A stretch of DNA of 64,000 nucleotides from Macrostomum lignano. Its lineage: Eukaryota. Both the position numbers and the translations under genes were made by a program. The DNA is taken from assembly GCA_002269645.1 (NCBI GenBank), contig NIVC01002176.1:62001-126000 (forward strand), given 5' to 3'. Each line of letters opens with the position of its first letter. Position 1 is the stretch's first letter. Below the pieces are notes generated by a model. That model was not told where the DNA came from. It did not search any database and saw only the letters and a program-made list of their open reading frames with translations. Below, one piece after another: positions 30,401 to 41,839 of the stretch.

Positions 30401-33400
30401 TACCGAAGGCAATTACAATGCTTGTGCTCAAAAATTGAAAACCTTCATCTCCGGAATGCACTATTTTCGGTAAATCCTGCCTGATCTTAAAAATATTCCA
30501 AGTCTCCTGATAATAATAATAATAATAATAATTGATTACACCTGCCCAATGGGCAGATGTGCAACCGACAGCTCAGCCGCAGCTATTGCGCGGCGCATCT
30601 GAAGGCTGCGTACGGCTGTTCAGTCCAAGGACTGGGGGGTCGCCACACACACCCTCAATTACCCCAGCTAATGCTGGTACCCATTTTACAGCTGGGTAAA
30701 CTGAAGCAACGCAGAGTTAAGTGTCTTGCTCAAGGACACAAATTGTTGCAGAGGGATCGGGAATCGAACCCCCGACCTTCAAGTCGTGAGTCCGACACCC
30801 TAACCACTAGGCTACAACCCCAGTCTCCTGAGCAAATTACAAGTGCATTAACACCTGTACTATCTCTTGTGACTCTCTAATCGTCCAGGCATGTACACTG
30901 TCTGTGCTTTGAAGGGATAAATTTAGCGGAATCAACCAGAGTCAGGCTAGACGCGTTTACACCAGCAGAGCTGCTCCGTCATAAAGGACCCAGGCTACTC
31001 AGCTGACTATTTAAAGAGCCTGAACAATAGATTCCTGTCTCGCTGATGCACCCGGCAGGCTGGGAGTCCACCTGCTGCTGCTGATGGTGGCCACCCTGAT
31101 GCCCTGCTGCTTCCTGCTCGTGCCGCTGTGTCGCAGCCTCACCGGCCTGGCCTTCGCCTTCAGCGCCATGGGGCTGCTGGAGGGCTGCCTGGAGTTCTTC
31201 TGCAACGCGCAGCTGCTGCAGCTCTACAGAAGCCAAGCCGGGCCATTCCTGCAGGCCATGTTCTTCTGCCAGAGCCTGGGCGCCTTCGTGTCGCCCCTCA
31301 TCATCGGCGCTTTCCTGTCTCACCCGGCGCCGCACGAGTGGCTGAACTGCACCCTGCCTGAGGCGGAGGCAGCGGCGGCTGCTGCACCTCCGGCCGCTCG
31401 CGAGGTGTCCTCGGCCACAGTGTACACAGTGGACGACGAGCTAGAATCAGTGCTGTCCCAAGTTCGATACCCCTTCTTTGTGATCGCCGCTTTTCAGGTG
31501 AGAAATTTATAAAATTTCAAGTTCAAACTTTTGGTTTGAAATTGCAATTCGCAGCACCGCACTTTGCAGGCTCCGATAATGGTATCAATGTGCGTGCTAA
31601 CCTTCAAGGAGATGCTCAGAATTAACAGGACGGAGATGGAGATTCTCACGGATGATGGTGAGGCTGGAGTGGCCGTTATGTTTAGAAAATTTTTTATGCA
31701 ATCCTACATTAGATCCATGCCTCCGAGTCTTAGTTGAATATTCCAAATCAGACAACCTGCTTCTAAACCTGTCTTAAATCTCTAATCACCTGTCTCAGAT
31801 CCCTAATCATCTGTCTCAGATCCCTAATCACCTTTTTTAGATCTCTAATCATCTGTCTCAGGTCTCTAATCACCTCTCTCAGATCTCTAATCACCTGTCT
31901 CAGATCTCTAATCACCTGTCTCAGATCTCTAATCACCTGTCTCAGGTTTCTAATCACCTGTCTCAGATCCCTAATCACCTGTCTCAGATCTCTAATCACC
32001 TGTCTCAGATCTCTAATCACCTGTCTCAGATCCCTAATCACCATTTTTAGATCTCTAATCACATGTCTCAGGTCTCTAATCACCTGTCTCAGGTTTCTAA
32101 TCACCTGTCTCAGATCCCTAATCACCTGTCTCAGATCTCTAATCACCATTTTTAGATCTCTAATCACATGTCTCAGGTCTCTAATCACCTGTCTCAGGTT
32201 TCCAATCACCTCTCTCAGATCCCTAATCACATGTCTCAGATCTCTAATCACCATTTTTAGATCTCTAATCACCTGTCTCAGGTCTCTAATCACCTGTCTC
32301 AGATCTCTAATCACCTGTCTCAGATCTCTAATCACCTGTCTCAGATCTCTAATCACCTGTCCCAGATCTCTAATCACCTGTCCCAGATCTCTAATCACCT
32401 GTCTCAGATGACAAATCACCTGTCTCAGATCCATAACACCTGTATTGAACCGGTCCAAAATAACTCATAAACATAAATCCAGTATCTTTGCCGTGCACTT
32501 TAAGACCAAGATGAAGCTGAAGATGCTGATCCAGTTGCAATCAGCTCGTCAGCCACCTGCTGCATCCTGCTGTTTGCTTCGCTGTGCGCTTTCGCACTGG
32601 ATGGCATTCTGGTGAGTGACAGCCAAGGTTGCTGAGTTCTTGTCATGCCGTGTCTCCCTCATCCACCCCTCTCTACCCTCCCGTGTCTCCCTCATCCTCA
32701 CCACTCTCTACCCTCCCGTGTCTCCCTCATCCTCACCACTCTCTACCCCAGGTGTCTCCCTCATCCTCTCTCCTCTCTACCCCCGGTGTCTCCCTCATCC
32801 TCCCCTCTCTACCCTCCCGTGTCTCCCTCATCCTCTCCACTCTCTACCCTCCCGTGTCTCCCTCATCCTCTCTCCTCTCTACCCCCGGTGTCTCCCTCAT
32901 CCTCCACTCTCTACCCTCCCATGTCTCTCTCATCCTCCACTCTCTACCCTCCCATGTTTCCCTCATCCTCCACTCTCTACCCTCCCATGTCTCTCTCATC
33001 CTCCACTCTCTACCCTCCCATGTCTTCTTCATCCTCCACTCTCTACCCTCCCATGTCTTCTTCATCCTCCCCTCTCTACCCTCCCATGTCTCTCTCATCC
33101 TCCACTCTCTACCCTCCCATGTCTTCTTCATCCTCCACTCTCTACCCTCCCATGTCTCCCTCATCCTCCACTCTCTACTCCCTGGTGTCTGTCAATTTGC
33201 AGGGCAGCTACAGCAGCCTGATCTTCGCATTCTCCATGCGAACTTTGAGAACTCGAGAGGATAGAGGCAAAACTGCCTACCTGCCCGCCACTTTTTGGGT
33301 GAGTACAGCTGATACGCTTACGAAGCTCTTAAAAAATATTTTTATTAAACTAAAATGTAAGAATATTAACCATTGATATGAATAAAATTATACACAGGGC

Positions 33401-35029
33401 TTCACTCTGATTGGCCGGCTGTCGGGCATATTTTTAAGTCTCAAGCTGAGTAGCATTGGCATCCTGTCTATCGATATGGTGAGTAGGACTTATGCTGGAA
33501 TTGCAACTATAGTCTTAAGGATAGATTTGTTATACTTTTGTGATAGGTGTTTTTAATAAAGAAGCTACATGTTACGCTTAACTGTGAGTAGATTATGGTG
33601 AAGGGGTTGTGGTGGTGGTTAGTGCGTCTGATTCACGACTTGAAGGTCGGGGGTTCGATTCGCGATCCCACTGGAACTATAATTTGTACCCTTTAGCAAA
33701 TAACTTGTGGCTATGGTTTGATTTCACATTCAAATGAGAATGACGTCCTATTTCGATTAAACTATCAATAAAAAATGGTGTTAGATCGATGTGCCTCACT
33801 TTTTACTATAAGTATTCAAATGAGCAAAAGCTGGATAATATTTTCTATTTTAGTAAAAATGACGTCGAAATCTGATTAGAATTTTATACAAAAACTATAG
33901 ATATGTTGAACTTTTTACTTCAAGTAGACAAATGAGCGTATTTGTACAAAATCAAAGGTCGGCCTGGTCGCGTCGGCAATGCTGTTTGTGTTCGGGCAGG
34001 ACAGCATCGGGCTGCTGTTTACAGCCACGGCAGCTACAGGGTTTTTCGTCAGCCACTGCATGCCGGCCCTGCTGGCACTGACTGAGCAGCTCATTCGGGT
34101 CACCAGTGAGTTCCACTTGATGCAACGCTTATACTTTAATTGGTTGTTATTCTTTGTAGAAACTCTAGCGGGATAATTGAGTTAGAGGCTAATGAAAATC
34201 AACTTCCCATTGATCATTGGCATCTCTTGGCCGATTAACCGATGCACAGGCTGCCGTCAAAGACCCGCCAAATTTGCCATTTGCAGAGGACGCCACACTT
34301 TGCCTAGTGTCTTCAGCCGCTCTTGGAGAGGCTGTGCTTCCAGTGGTGATGGCTGCGGTGAGTTTGGGATTGCTGGCAACCAAGGGGATCATAGAGAATA
34401 TCTCAGGTAACCAAGGGGTTCATAGAGAATATCTCAGGTAACCAAGGGGCTCATAGAGAATATCTCAGGTAACCAAGGGAATCATAGAGAATATCTCAGG
34501 TAACCAAGGGGATCATAGAGAATATCTCAGGTAACCAAGGGGCTCATAGAGAATATCTCAGGTAACCAAGGGGCTCATAGAGAATATCTCAGGTAACCAA
34601 GGGAATCATAGAGAATATCTCAGGTAACCAAGGGGCTCATAGAGAATATCTCAGGTAACCAAGGGCTCATGAGGCCAGTGGAGTGCACTGTTATCGCAGA
34701 CAGAGTATGCGTGGTTTACCTTTTCCAAAATACTCCAGGCAATGCACGGCATCAGCTCGGGCGCCTACCCCATCGGTCACCTCATGTTTGTGCTGCTGGC
34801 GTGCTGTCTCAGCTGCCTGTACATGGGGCTGGGGCACAGCCTCGTGCCGCGCCCAGTCGGCCCAGCTCAGTCAGCTGCAGAGCGACTGTTTCTAAGCGAG
34901 ACCAGGCGGACATCAAAGTCGGCGGGGGGTTTGTCGAATAATGGATTGGCTGCTGCCGCGATGGCACCTGGTGAGCAGCTGCGAGGTCCGCCAGCAAACT
35001 ACGGTTCTCAGTTCAATGAAGCGCAGTAG
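27426..35029 (+). CDS. MFSD4: MFS transporter, MFSD4/NaGLT1-like (exons 27426-27708, 31059-31497, 31570-31657, 32505-32611, 33203-33298, 33398-33478, 33958-34105, 34287-34357, 34739-35029); one-base frameshift near 27590-27602
   Basis: Hydrophobic helices with family-like motifs (GMSDASLGP, LLQLYRSQAGPFLQAMFFCQSLGAFVSPLII, YLPATFW-GFTLIGRL, SAALGEAVLPVV). All internal exon phases join. Intron 1 has a GC donor (AAG|GCAAGT). Subfamily assignment is by motif recall. Confidence 0.82.
27730..28780. repeat. 23/27-bp minisatellite (GACAGACACAAATCATCACTGAT), MFS intron 1
   Basis: Tandem array starting ~20 bp after the GC donor. Confidence 0.95.
30512..30821 (-). mobile_element. tRNA(Val-like)-derived CORE-type SINE, full length, with (TTA)n tail
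   Basis: Head GGGGTTGTAGCCTAGTGGTTAG..CTCACGA..GGTTCGATTCCC (A and B boxes); CORE-like GTGTCCTTGAGCAAGACACTTAAC..GTAAAATGGG. Second copy at 60105. Confidence 0.85.
31770..32440. repeat. 21-bp minisatellite (TCTCTAATCACCTGTCTCAGA), ~32 copies, MFS intron 3
   Basis: Direct tandem repetition. Confidence 0.95.
32645..33185. repeat. ~33-bp pyrimidine-rich minisatellite, MFS intron 4
   Basis: CCCATGTCTCTCTCATCCTCCACTCTCTACCCT units fill most of the intron. Confidence 0.9.
33602..33706 (+). mobile_element. 5' fragment (tRNA head) of the CORE-type SINE
   Basis: GGGGTTGTGG..TGGTTAG..TCACGACTTGAAGGTCGGGGGTTCGATTC matches the head at 30821. Confidence 0.7.
34376..34670 (+). repeat. 31-bp minisatellite (GTAACCAAGGGGATCATAGAGAATATCTCAG), ~9 copies, last MFS intron
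   Basis: CAG|GTAAC junctions every 31 nt from 34406 to 34654. Confidence 0.95.
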
Positions 35030-36237
35030 AGCTGATCGAGTTAACAAGCCTTGCAAATTCATCTTTATACACAACTATATATATAGAAATTTGTTCGTTT
35101 ATTCATATTGAATATTTTAGTAGTTTAAGGCTGCAGACACGTTATATAGCAAAATCACGGCCCGTAAATTTTCAAAATTGTGTGCATCAAGGTAGTGGTG
35201 TGCTAGCTAGTGGATGTGTTACATGCACTTTTTGGGAATCTTTGGATCTACATGGGAAAACTGACTTTAAACAGTTACATCATGGGAACCATTTGACTAT
35301 AAGGAAAAGTTGAGAATTTCTACTAGTTAGGAATTGTTATCTTAATTGCACTATATAAGCTATGTACTAACCGCGACCAAGTCTGCTTAACTGGGGGCAT
35401 CTAAATAACAGCCCATAATGAAAATTTATTTTCAACACACAGATTCTTGTAATGGGATTTTGTATTAATTTTAACTTTCTTCACGCACTACTACTCATGG
35501 TATAAGTCTAAGTAGTCATTATAAATTAATTGCTTCTCTAATTATAATTAGGAAATCAAGCGGTGAAAAGGGATGCACGGCTGACTGACTGTTTTAATAG
35601 CCTCTCAAGCTATACCCAAACTTGCTGCAATCGCGTGTTTCAGACGTCAACTTGCTAATATTTTTCCCAGAAAATGTTTTCATTCGAATTTTATTAATTA
35701 GGGACACAAGAAATTTGCATTCTTTCCCCGTTTGCTTTCAAAAACTCATTGAGATTCATAATAACAAAATGTATTTTGTTTAATTGAAATAAAATGCCTA
35801 CTGGTTTCGGTTACACGTATAGCTCGCTTTTAAAAGATGATGATATATCTTAACCAAACAATTAATTATGTACTCTTTAGTTTGCTTATCCGTACGAGTA
35901 CGTAGTTATAAACTAGGATTTAAAAAAAGAAGACAAGCAGAAGACTGCGGCAGCATTCAACGAGCATCGATCGCCGACTCCGCCTCACTAGCTATAGTCT
36001 GGGGACATATCATCTGGCCGTCCTGGATTTAGCGCATTCACTGGCTCACCTCCGAGGCTGACCTGCATTGGTGAAACACAGAAGGGACAAAGAAGCGATT
36101 TTTTGAGAGTTTGATAGAACTTTTGATCAAGTAAGAGTTGAGTCAGAGTTAATAAGTAAATGTTTTTTGTTTTAACACTAGCTGATGCTTTTACCATTAA
36201 AATATAACGTAATTACATAAGTAGCTAAGACTTTTAG

Positions 36238-36882
36238 CAGTAGAAAGACCACGCTATTTTTCCCCATGGGGAAAGACCACGGGGTGTATTACAACTACAC
36301 ACGACCCATTTCACGATAGCTCGCAAACTGAATTACCGATTTTCGTTAAAGTCCACCACATGGATCAAAATTTTCTGCCTTTCCGACGAACTAACTTTCA
36401 AAGTCAGCCGACGTCAGCATCGTCGAGATATTCAACGATTCTTGTCGAAGACACTGGTGGCAAGGACAACCAACACTACACTGTATAAACCTTTATGATG
36501 AATCCATATTGGCTCATATCATACAGACACAGCATCCCAGGCAACCAGGGTCCCCTTCATCACCGTCTGGAGCATCGGCGGCGACCGTCGGGACCTTCAA
36601 CAAAAGCACCCGATATGCATAGTTTGTTGAGCCGACGTGGTTTCATGATGAGATTTTTTGAGCAGAAAAATTTTGCCAATGTTGGTGCTTTTTGCCCCGA
36701 GGAGAATTGTTGAATATCTCAACAATGCCGATTTTTAGTGATTCTCGAAGTTGCTTCATCGAATGGAGCGGAAAATGTTAGCCCGTGCTCTGGATTTTCA
36801 TTGCAATTGGTTGAATATTTTTGGAGATACAGACAAAAGAAAAATGTGTGTATTTGAAATGCACCCCATGGTCTTTCTACTG
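36238..36882. mobile_element. Possible MITE with 14-bp terminal inverted repeats (CAGTAGAAAGACCA)
   Basis: 36238-36251 is the reverse complement of 36869-36882, with longer degenerate similarity inside. No clear TSD. Confidence 0.4.
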
Positions 36883-38454
36883 TTAACAGCGCCAAACACT
36901 AACAATAGGGAAAGCTTAAACTCGCCTTTTCGTCTCGAGCTCAATTGTGATAGATTCAATAGACATTGTATCTCGGACATGCAATGCAAGGAAATGAGTT
37001 GAATAAAAAGGCGAATCAATCAATTGTGACCCGTAATGGGAATCAAGAGTTTTGCTTCAGGGTGCCAAGATGAGTGTCTGTCTGTGGCGCACAATGCAGG
37101 ACTGTCTGTCTGCAGCGCCCCAAAACTACGAGTGTCTGTCTGCGGCGATAAAGAGTGCTAACACTGATTCTCAAAGTAATGTAGCAATTTAGTCATAAAC
37201 AGTAAATAGGAAAAAGATGTTCAGAAACTGGACTCAGTGCTTCTTAGAAAATTCCCGTAAAAATTAAAAACGTACTGAACTGAACTCAATTCTAGGCCTT
37301 TAAAAAGTTTTCCAAGAAACGAATATAATTTCTTCACAGTTTTTGGCTCATTCTATTGATCCTATTAGACTTTTACTACACCTAGAATCAGTCAATTGCA
37401 TCGGCAGGTAAAATTAAATTGACATAGTTTTAAAACATTTTCTTTATAAAATCAAACCCTCGGTTTTTCAAATTAAAGTTGACTCGAACATTGACTGTGA
37501 ACTTCTGAAGCAAACAAAATTCTAATTTACAATCCTTGAGACTCTAAATGCAGGTGTGAGTAATATTGGCTAGCAAATTGCATTTTAAAGCTAATTTGGC
37601 ACTAGAAATGCAATTATTTTTATACCTGATTTGATTTGTCAATGTCTCATGGAACTGTCTCACAAAAATAGCCTTAACCAACAAATACACAAGACAATAC
37701 AATAGGCATTGCAACTGATCAAATTTAAAGCTGCCGTCAGTATCTTTGTCAATGAATTTGAAGAAAAAAAACACAAATTAAAAAAAATAGCTCAATATAA
37801 ATGCGACTCGTCAGCAAAAGCCCAACCCCTCTGCAGTGTGCTCAAATATTATCTTTTTTTCTAGCGTCGGTCAGCAACGCATTTGATGTCCCCCAACGCA
37901 CTGACTCTGCTACTCAGCTGAGCACAACAGAGATTTTCTCAAATAGAAACTCATGAAAAAATGCAAGTTATGACGGCTCATAGTAATGTATATAATAGAG
38001 ACAAGTGGTACCAGCATGGCAACAAACAGGTATTGCTTTAAAAATTTCCTGCAGTTATTCTTTAGCGAATTTCATCGCATTTTTTCTTATTTTTTAGTTG
38101 CAGGATTATATTCAGTTATTATGAATATTTTTCTATTGGACGCATAGCATGAAACTGTATAGTTTCAAATTACAGTAGAACTGAAGCAGATCAAAGTACA
38201 TGTTGTACTATTAAACACAGAATGAGACGCGATAAAACAAAAGGTTGGTAAAGACATGCAAGCGATTCGAGGGTCCACAGATGCAGATAGGGGGTGTGGG
38301 CAGAAACACAAAATCAATTTGTTATAATACAAGCAAGAAAACAGAGTAAATGTAAGCGACAGATACTACTAACATACCCATGGTGGTTAACAACGACTGC
38401 ATCTATTAATTTATTAATAATAAGCTTATTTGCAATTTTAAGAGCTCTACTGGG

Positions 38455-38900
38455 TCAATGTGCACAAGAGGTTCTGTGGGTCAATGTGCTTATGAGGTTC
38501 TGTGGGTCAATGTGCTTATGAGATTGTGGGTCAGTGTGGTCATGAGGTTCTGTGGGTCAATGTGCACATGAGATTGTGGGTCAGTGTGGTCATGAGGTTC
38601 TGTGGGTCAGTGTGGTCATGAGGTTCTGTGGGTCAGTGGTCATGAGGTTCTGTGGGTCAGTGTGGTCGTGAGGTTCTGTGGGTCAGTGTGGTCATGAGGT
38701 TCTGTGGGTCAGTGTGGTCATGAGGTTCTGTGGGTCAGTGTGGTCATGAGGTTCTGTGGGTCAATGGGTTCACGAAGCTTTGCAGGTCAATAGATACCCG
38801 AGGCTGTGGGTCAATGGGTTCACGAAGCTTTGCAGGTCAATAGATACCTGAAGCTGTAGGTCAATGGGTCAAGCTGACCCGGTTGAGGCAATGGGTCAGA
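38455..38900. repeat. ~26-bp minisatellite (GAGGTTCTGTGGGTCAGTGTGGTCAT) with degenerate ends
   Basis: Direct tandem repetition. Confidence 0.9.
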
Positions 38901-39088
38901 CACTAATTGTATCAAAAAAATCTGAACTTTAAACCAACACTAAAACCCAAGCATTGCAGTTCTCAGTCGCTGTGTCCCCACCACGAAGTGAATATAAAAA
39001 ACAGCCAGTCAGCGCCAATTTCACCGCCAGTTTGCCAGTTTCAGTTAGTCAAAAATAGTCACAAAAAGTCCACCCAGAAAGCGGCAGT

Positions 39089-41839
39089 TCACAGCGCCAA
39101 CTGGCTGATCGCGTCATTCCGTCGTTTGATAAGGAAGTTGCGCAGATCCTCGTTCGACCGACTGCTGCCAGGGGAGTCGCCGCCGCTGCCGCCGATGCCA
39201 GCGGCAACTCCGCCAGTCGGCGACGAAACTACCGAGGCGGAGCCTTCGCGCTGGTGCCGACGCTTCCGGTGCCGATGCTTGTGCCGCTTCTGCTTGGAAT
39301 GCTGGCGGCGCTGCTTCTTGGCTTTGCGCTCAGAGGAAGACGGTGGTTGCTGAGCCACCGCAGCAGCAGCTGTCGATGCCGCGGCTGCCGCAGTCCGCTT
39401 GCCGGCCGTCACCACCGACACCATGGATGTCGGCGCCAATTTACTGCGTCGCTGCTGCTGCTGCGGCGAGGACGACGAAGCGACCGACGACGAGGCAGAA
39501 TTTGCCGAGTCGGCCGACACGGCACGACGATGTCGAGACCGACCGGAGCGACCGCGACTGCGGCTTCGGCTGCGCCGATGCTCGCGCGGCTGCCGTCGGC
39601 GCTTCTTCTTGCGCCGGTCGGCTGCAGAGACCGAAGCCGACGAGCTCGAGCTCGAGCGGGAACGCGACCTTCGGGGCGGCTCGCCCACGGAACTGCCTGC
39701 CACCGCCGCTGGAGCAGCAGCCGGAACCGAAGCCGCCGAAGACACGGCAACAGCAGCAACAGCAGCAGAAGCCGAGGAAGACGGCGCCGTTGAAGCTGAC
39801 GACAACTGCAACGGCAAAGACATCGGCGGCAGTGGCGGCTGCTGCTGCTGAGGATGCTGAGGAAGATGATGATGATAGTTCTGAAGCTGCTGATGGTGCG
39901 GCATCATCAAAGCGGCAGCCGGATTCGGGAAACCGGCACCAGCCCCGACCGGAACAGGAGCGAATGACGGATGCGGAGGCTGATACAGTTGAGGATGCTG
40001 CTGAGGATGATGAAGCTGAGCATGCTGCTGCGGTGCCATCTGCTGCATAGGATAGCCAGCCTGGTTGATAAACACAGGCGGCCGAAACGACTGATTGATT
40101 TGCATCGCCTGCGGCGGCATAGAACGAGGCTGATGAGGCTGTATTGGCGGATGCTGAGGCGGATGCAATACTTGATGATGCTGCTGATGCTGAGGTTGTT
40201 GCTGCTTCTGTTGTTGCGGCTGCTGTTGCTTCCGCTGATGCGGCTGGCTTCTTCTAGCAGACGACTGACGACGATCTGAAGGCGATGACGATTGCGACAC
40301 TGTCCTGGCCAGCTGCCGCTTGGCTCCCGTTGATGAGGCGGATGAAGCAGCCGCAGCGTCATCGGGTGCAGCGTCAACTGGCGGCTCGTCGAACAGCAGG
40401 TCGGTGCAATCGTCCAGCACGAGCTCGTCCACTGAGTTGAAGATTTCTACTGAGGACTCTCCCTCATCGTCCTCCTTCACAGCATCCGAGTTTGCTTCAG
40501 CCTCATCATCCTGGGCTTCTTCTTGAACCGGCTGCTCCTCTTTCTCGTCGGCAACCGACGCAGCGGCTGAGGAGGCCGCCGAAGGCGACGACGATCTGAG
40601 CAGCGACTCCTCCTCGTCCGTGTCCAGCGTGCACGGTGCCGATTCCACTGGCGGCGCCGTAGCGCCAGATCTTTGCTGCGGCGGGTTCGCCTCCTCGAAT
40701 CCGTTGCCTAGCAACAGCGACGCCGACGCTTGGGCGACGATTTTACTATCGGCTTTGCTCTTTTGATCTTTGCTATCAGCATCCTCAGAATCCTCAGCAT
40801 CCTCATCATCTTCATCATCGTCCTCTTCGACATCGTCTCGAATTCGATCAAATTTCCCGTGTCCTGTGAGTCGCTGCTGACTTGTAGTTGCTAAGGGCTG
40901 CTGCGGCTGTTGTTGCTGCTGCTGTCTCTGCGGCTGCTGGGTGACTGGAGCTCTACTGGCCGTGCTGGGAGCTGGCGGAACCGCCGAAGCCGCTGCAGGT
41001 TTGGCATCCCCCGGCCTGTGCTGTCGCCGAGTCAACACCAACAGGTTGGCCCGACGGTTGTGCTGGGAATAAATGAATAAGAAAGTTTGTTAGCTGGTGC
41101 TGTGACGTGAGGCCACTGACATTTTAAACCAATGAGTCGAGCTTTGCCATGCATTTTTATAATATTTAGGTACAGGAAATGTACGAAGAATAACAATATT
41201 TATTCTACGTAGGATAGCAATAACAATTTTTGTCCTTCATCCTTCTATCCTAATTGACCTGTGTGATCTGCAACGCGTCTGAAACGACTCTGGGGTGACT
41301 CCGGGACGCTTCTTGGCCTTGGCCAACTATCCTTTCTTTTGTCCTTAAGGTAGTAGGCAGAATTGAGCAATAGAATTAGACACGGGACAATATGCTTTTA
41401 CACTACTGTCAGTAGTTTTAACCAGAGAAAATAATTAGGTCACGTGACGCTATTGTGATGCAACAGTTGCCACTGAGTCGCATTAGACGCGTTTGAGTTG
41501 TTAAAAGAGTCACAAGAGTCGACCCAGACGTACAAGAGTCACAAGTCACTAGATAGGTATCGTTTTCAATGGGGTAATTAGAAGCACACCAATACTGGTC
41601 TTTCTGATTTCTCTCACCTGATAGCTACCAGCTCGAGCATCGAACCTCTGCCCAGAAGCTGTAGCAGTTGAAGGGGCAGCAGTTGCAGCCTTGATACTGT
41701 TGAGTTTCTGCTCAGGCTGAGCAATGGCAGGCTTGCTACTGACAGGCGGCTTGGCAACTGGAGCAGCGGCAGGTGCGGCCGGTTTGACTTTGCCACGCAG
41801 GCTGGCCAGTGCGGCAAGCCGGAGACTCTCGAGATCGTC
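39089..41839 (-). CDS. Low-complexity (acidic, Q/P/H-rich, RS-like, K/R-rich) probable nuclear protein; exons 41839-41618 and 41062-39089; start exon not identified
   Basis: 1974-nt open exon plus a 222-nt phase-0 exon (DDLESLRLAALASL...), both with canonical splice sites. SRSRSRGRS and KKRRR/KHRHRKRR tracts suggest an RS-type nuclear protein. No family recognised. Confidence 0.75.

Noticed and set aside
30750-30821. tRNA-Val(CAC) gene
   Set aside because: Stems are mismatched and it continues into a SINE body with a TTA tail; other copies are at 33602 and 60105.
39254-40526. Plus-strand and alternative-frame ORFs overlapping the 650-aa ORF
   Set aside because: Shadow ORFs of GC-rich, CAG/GCC-rich coding sequence.
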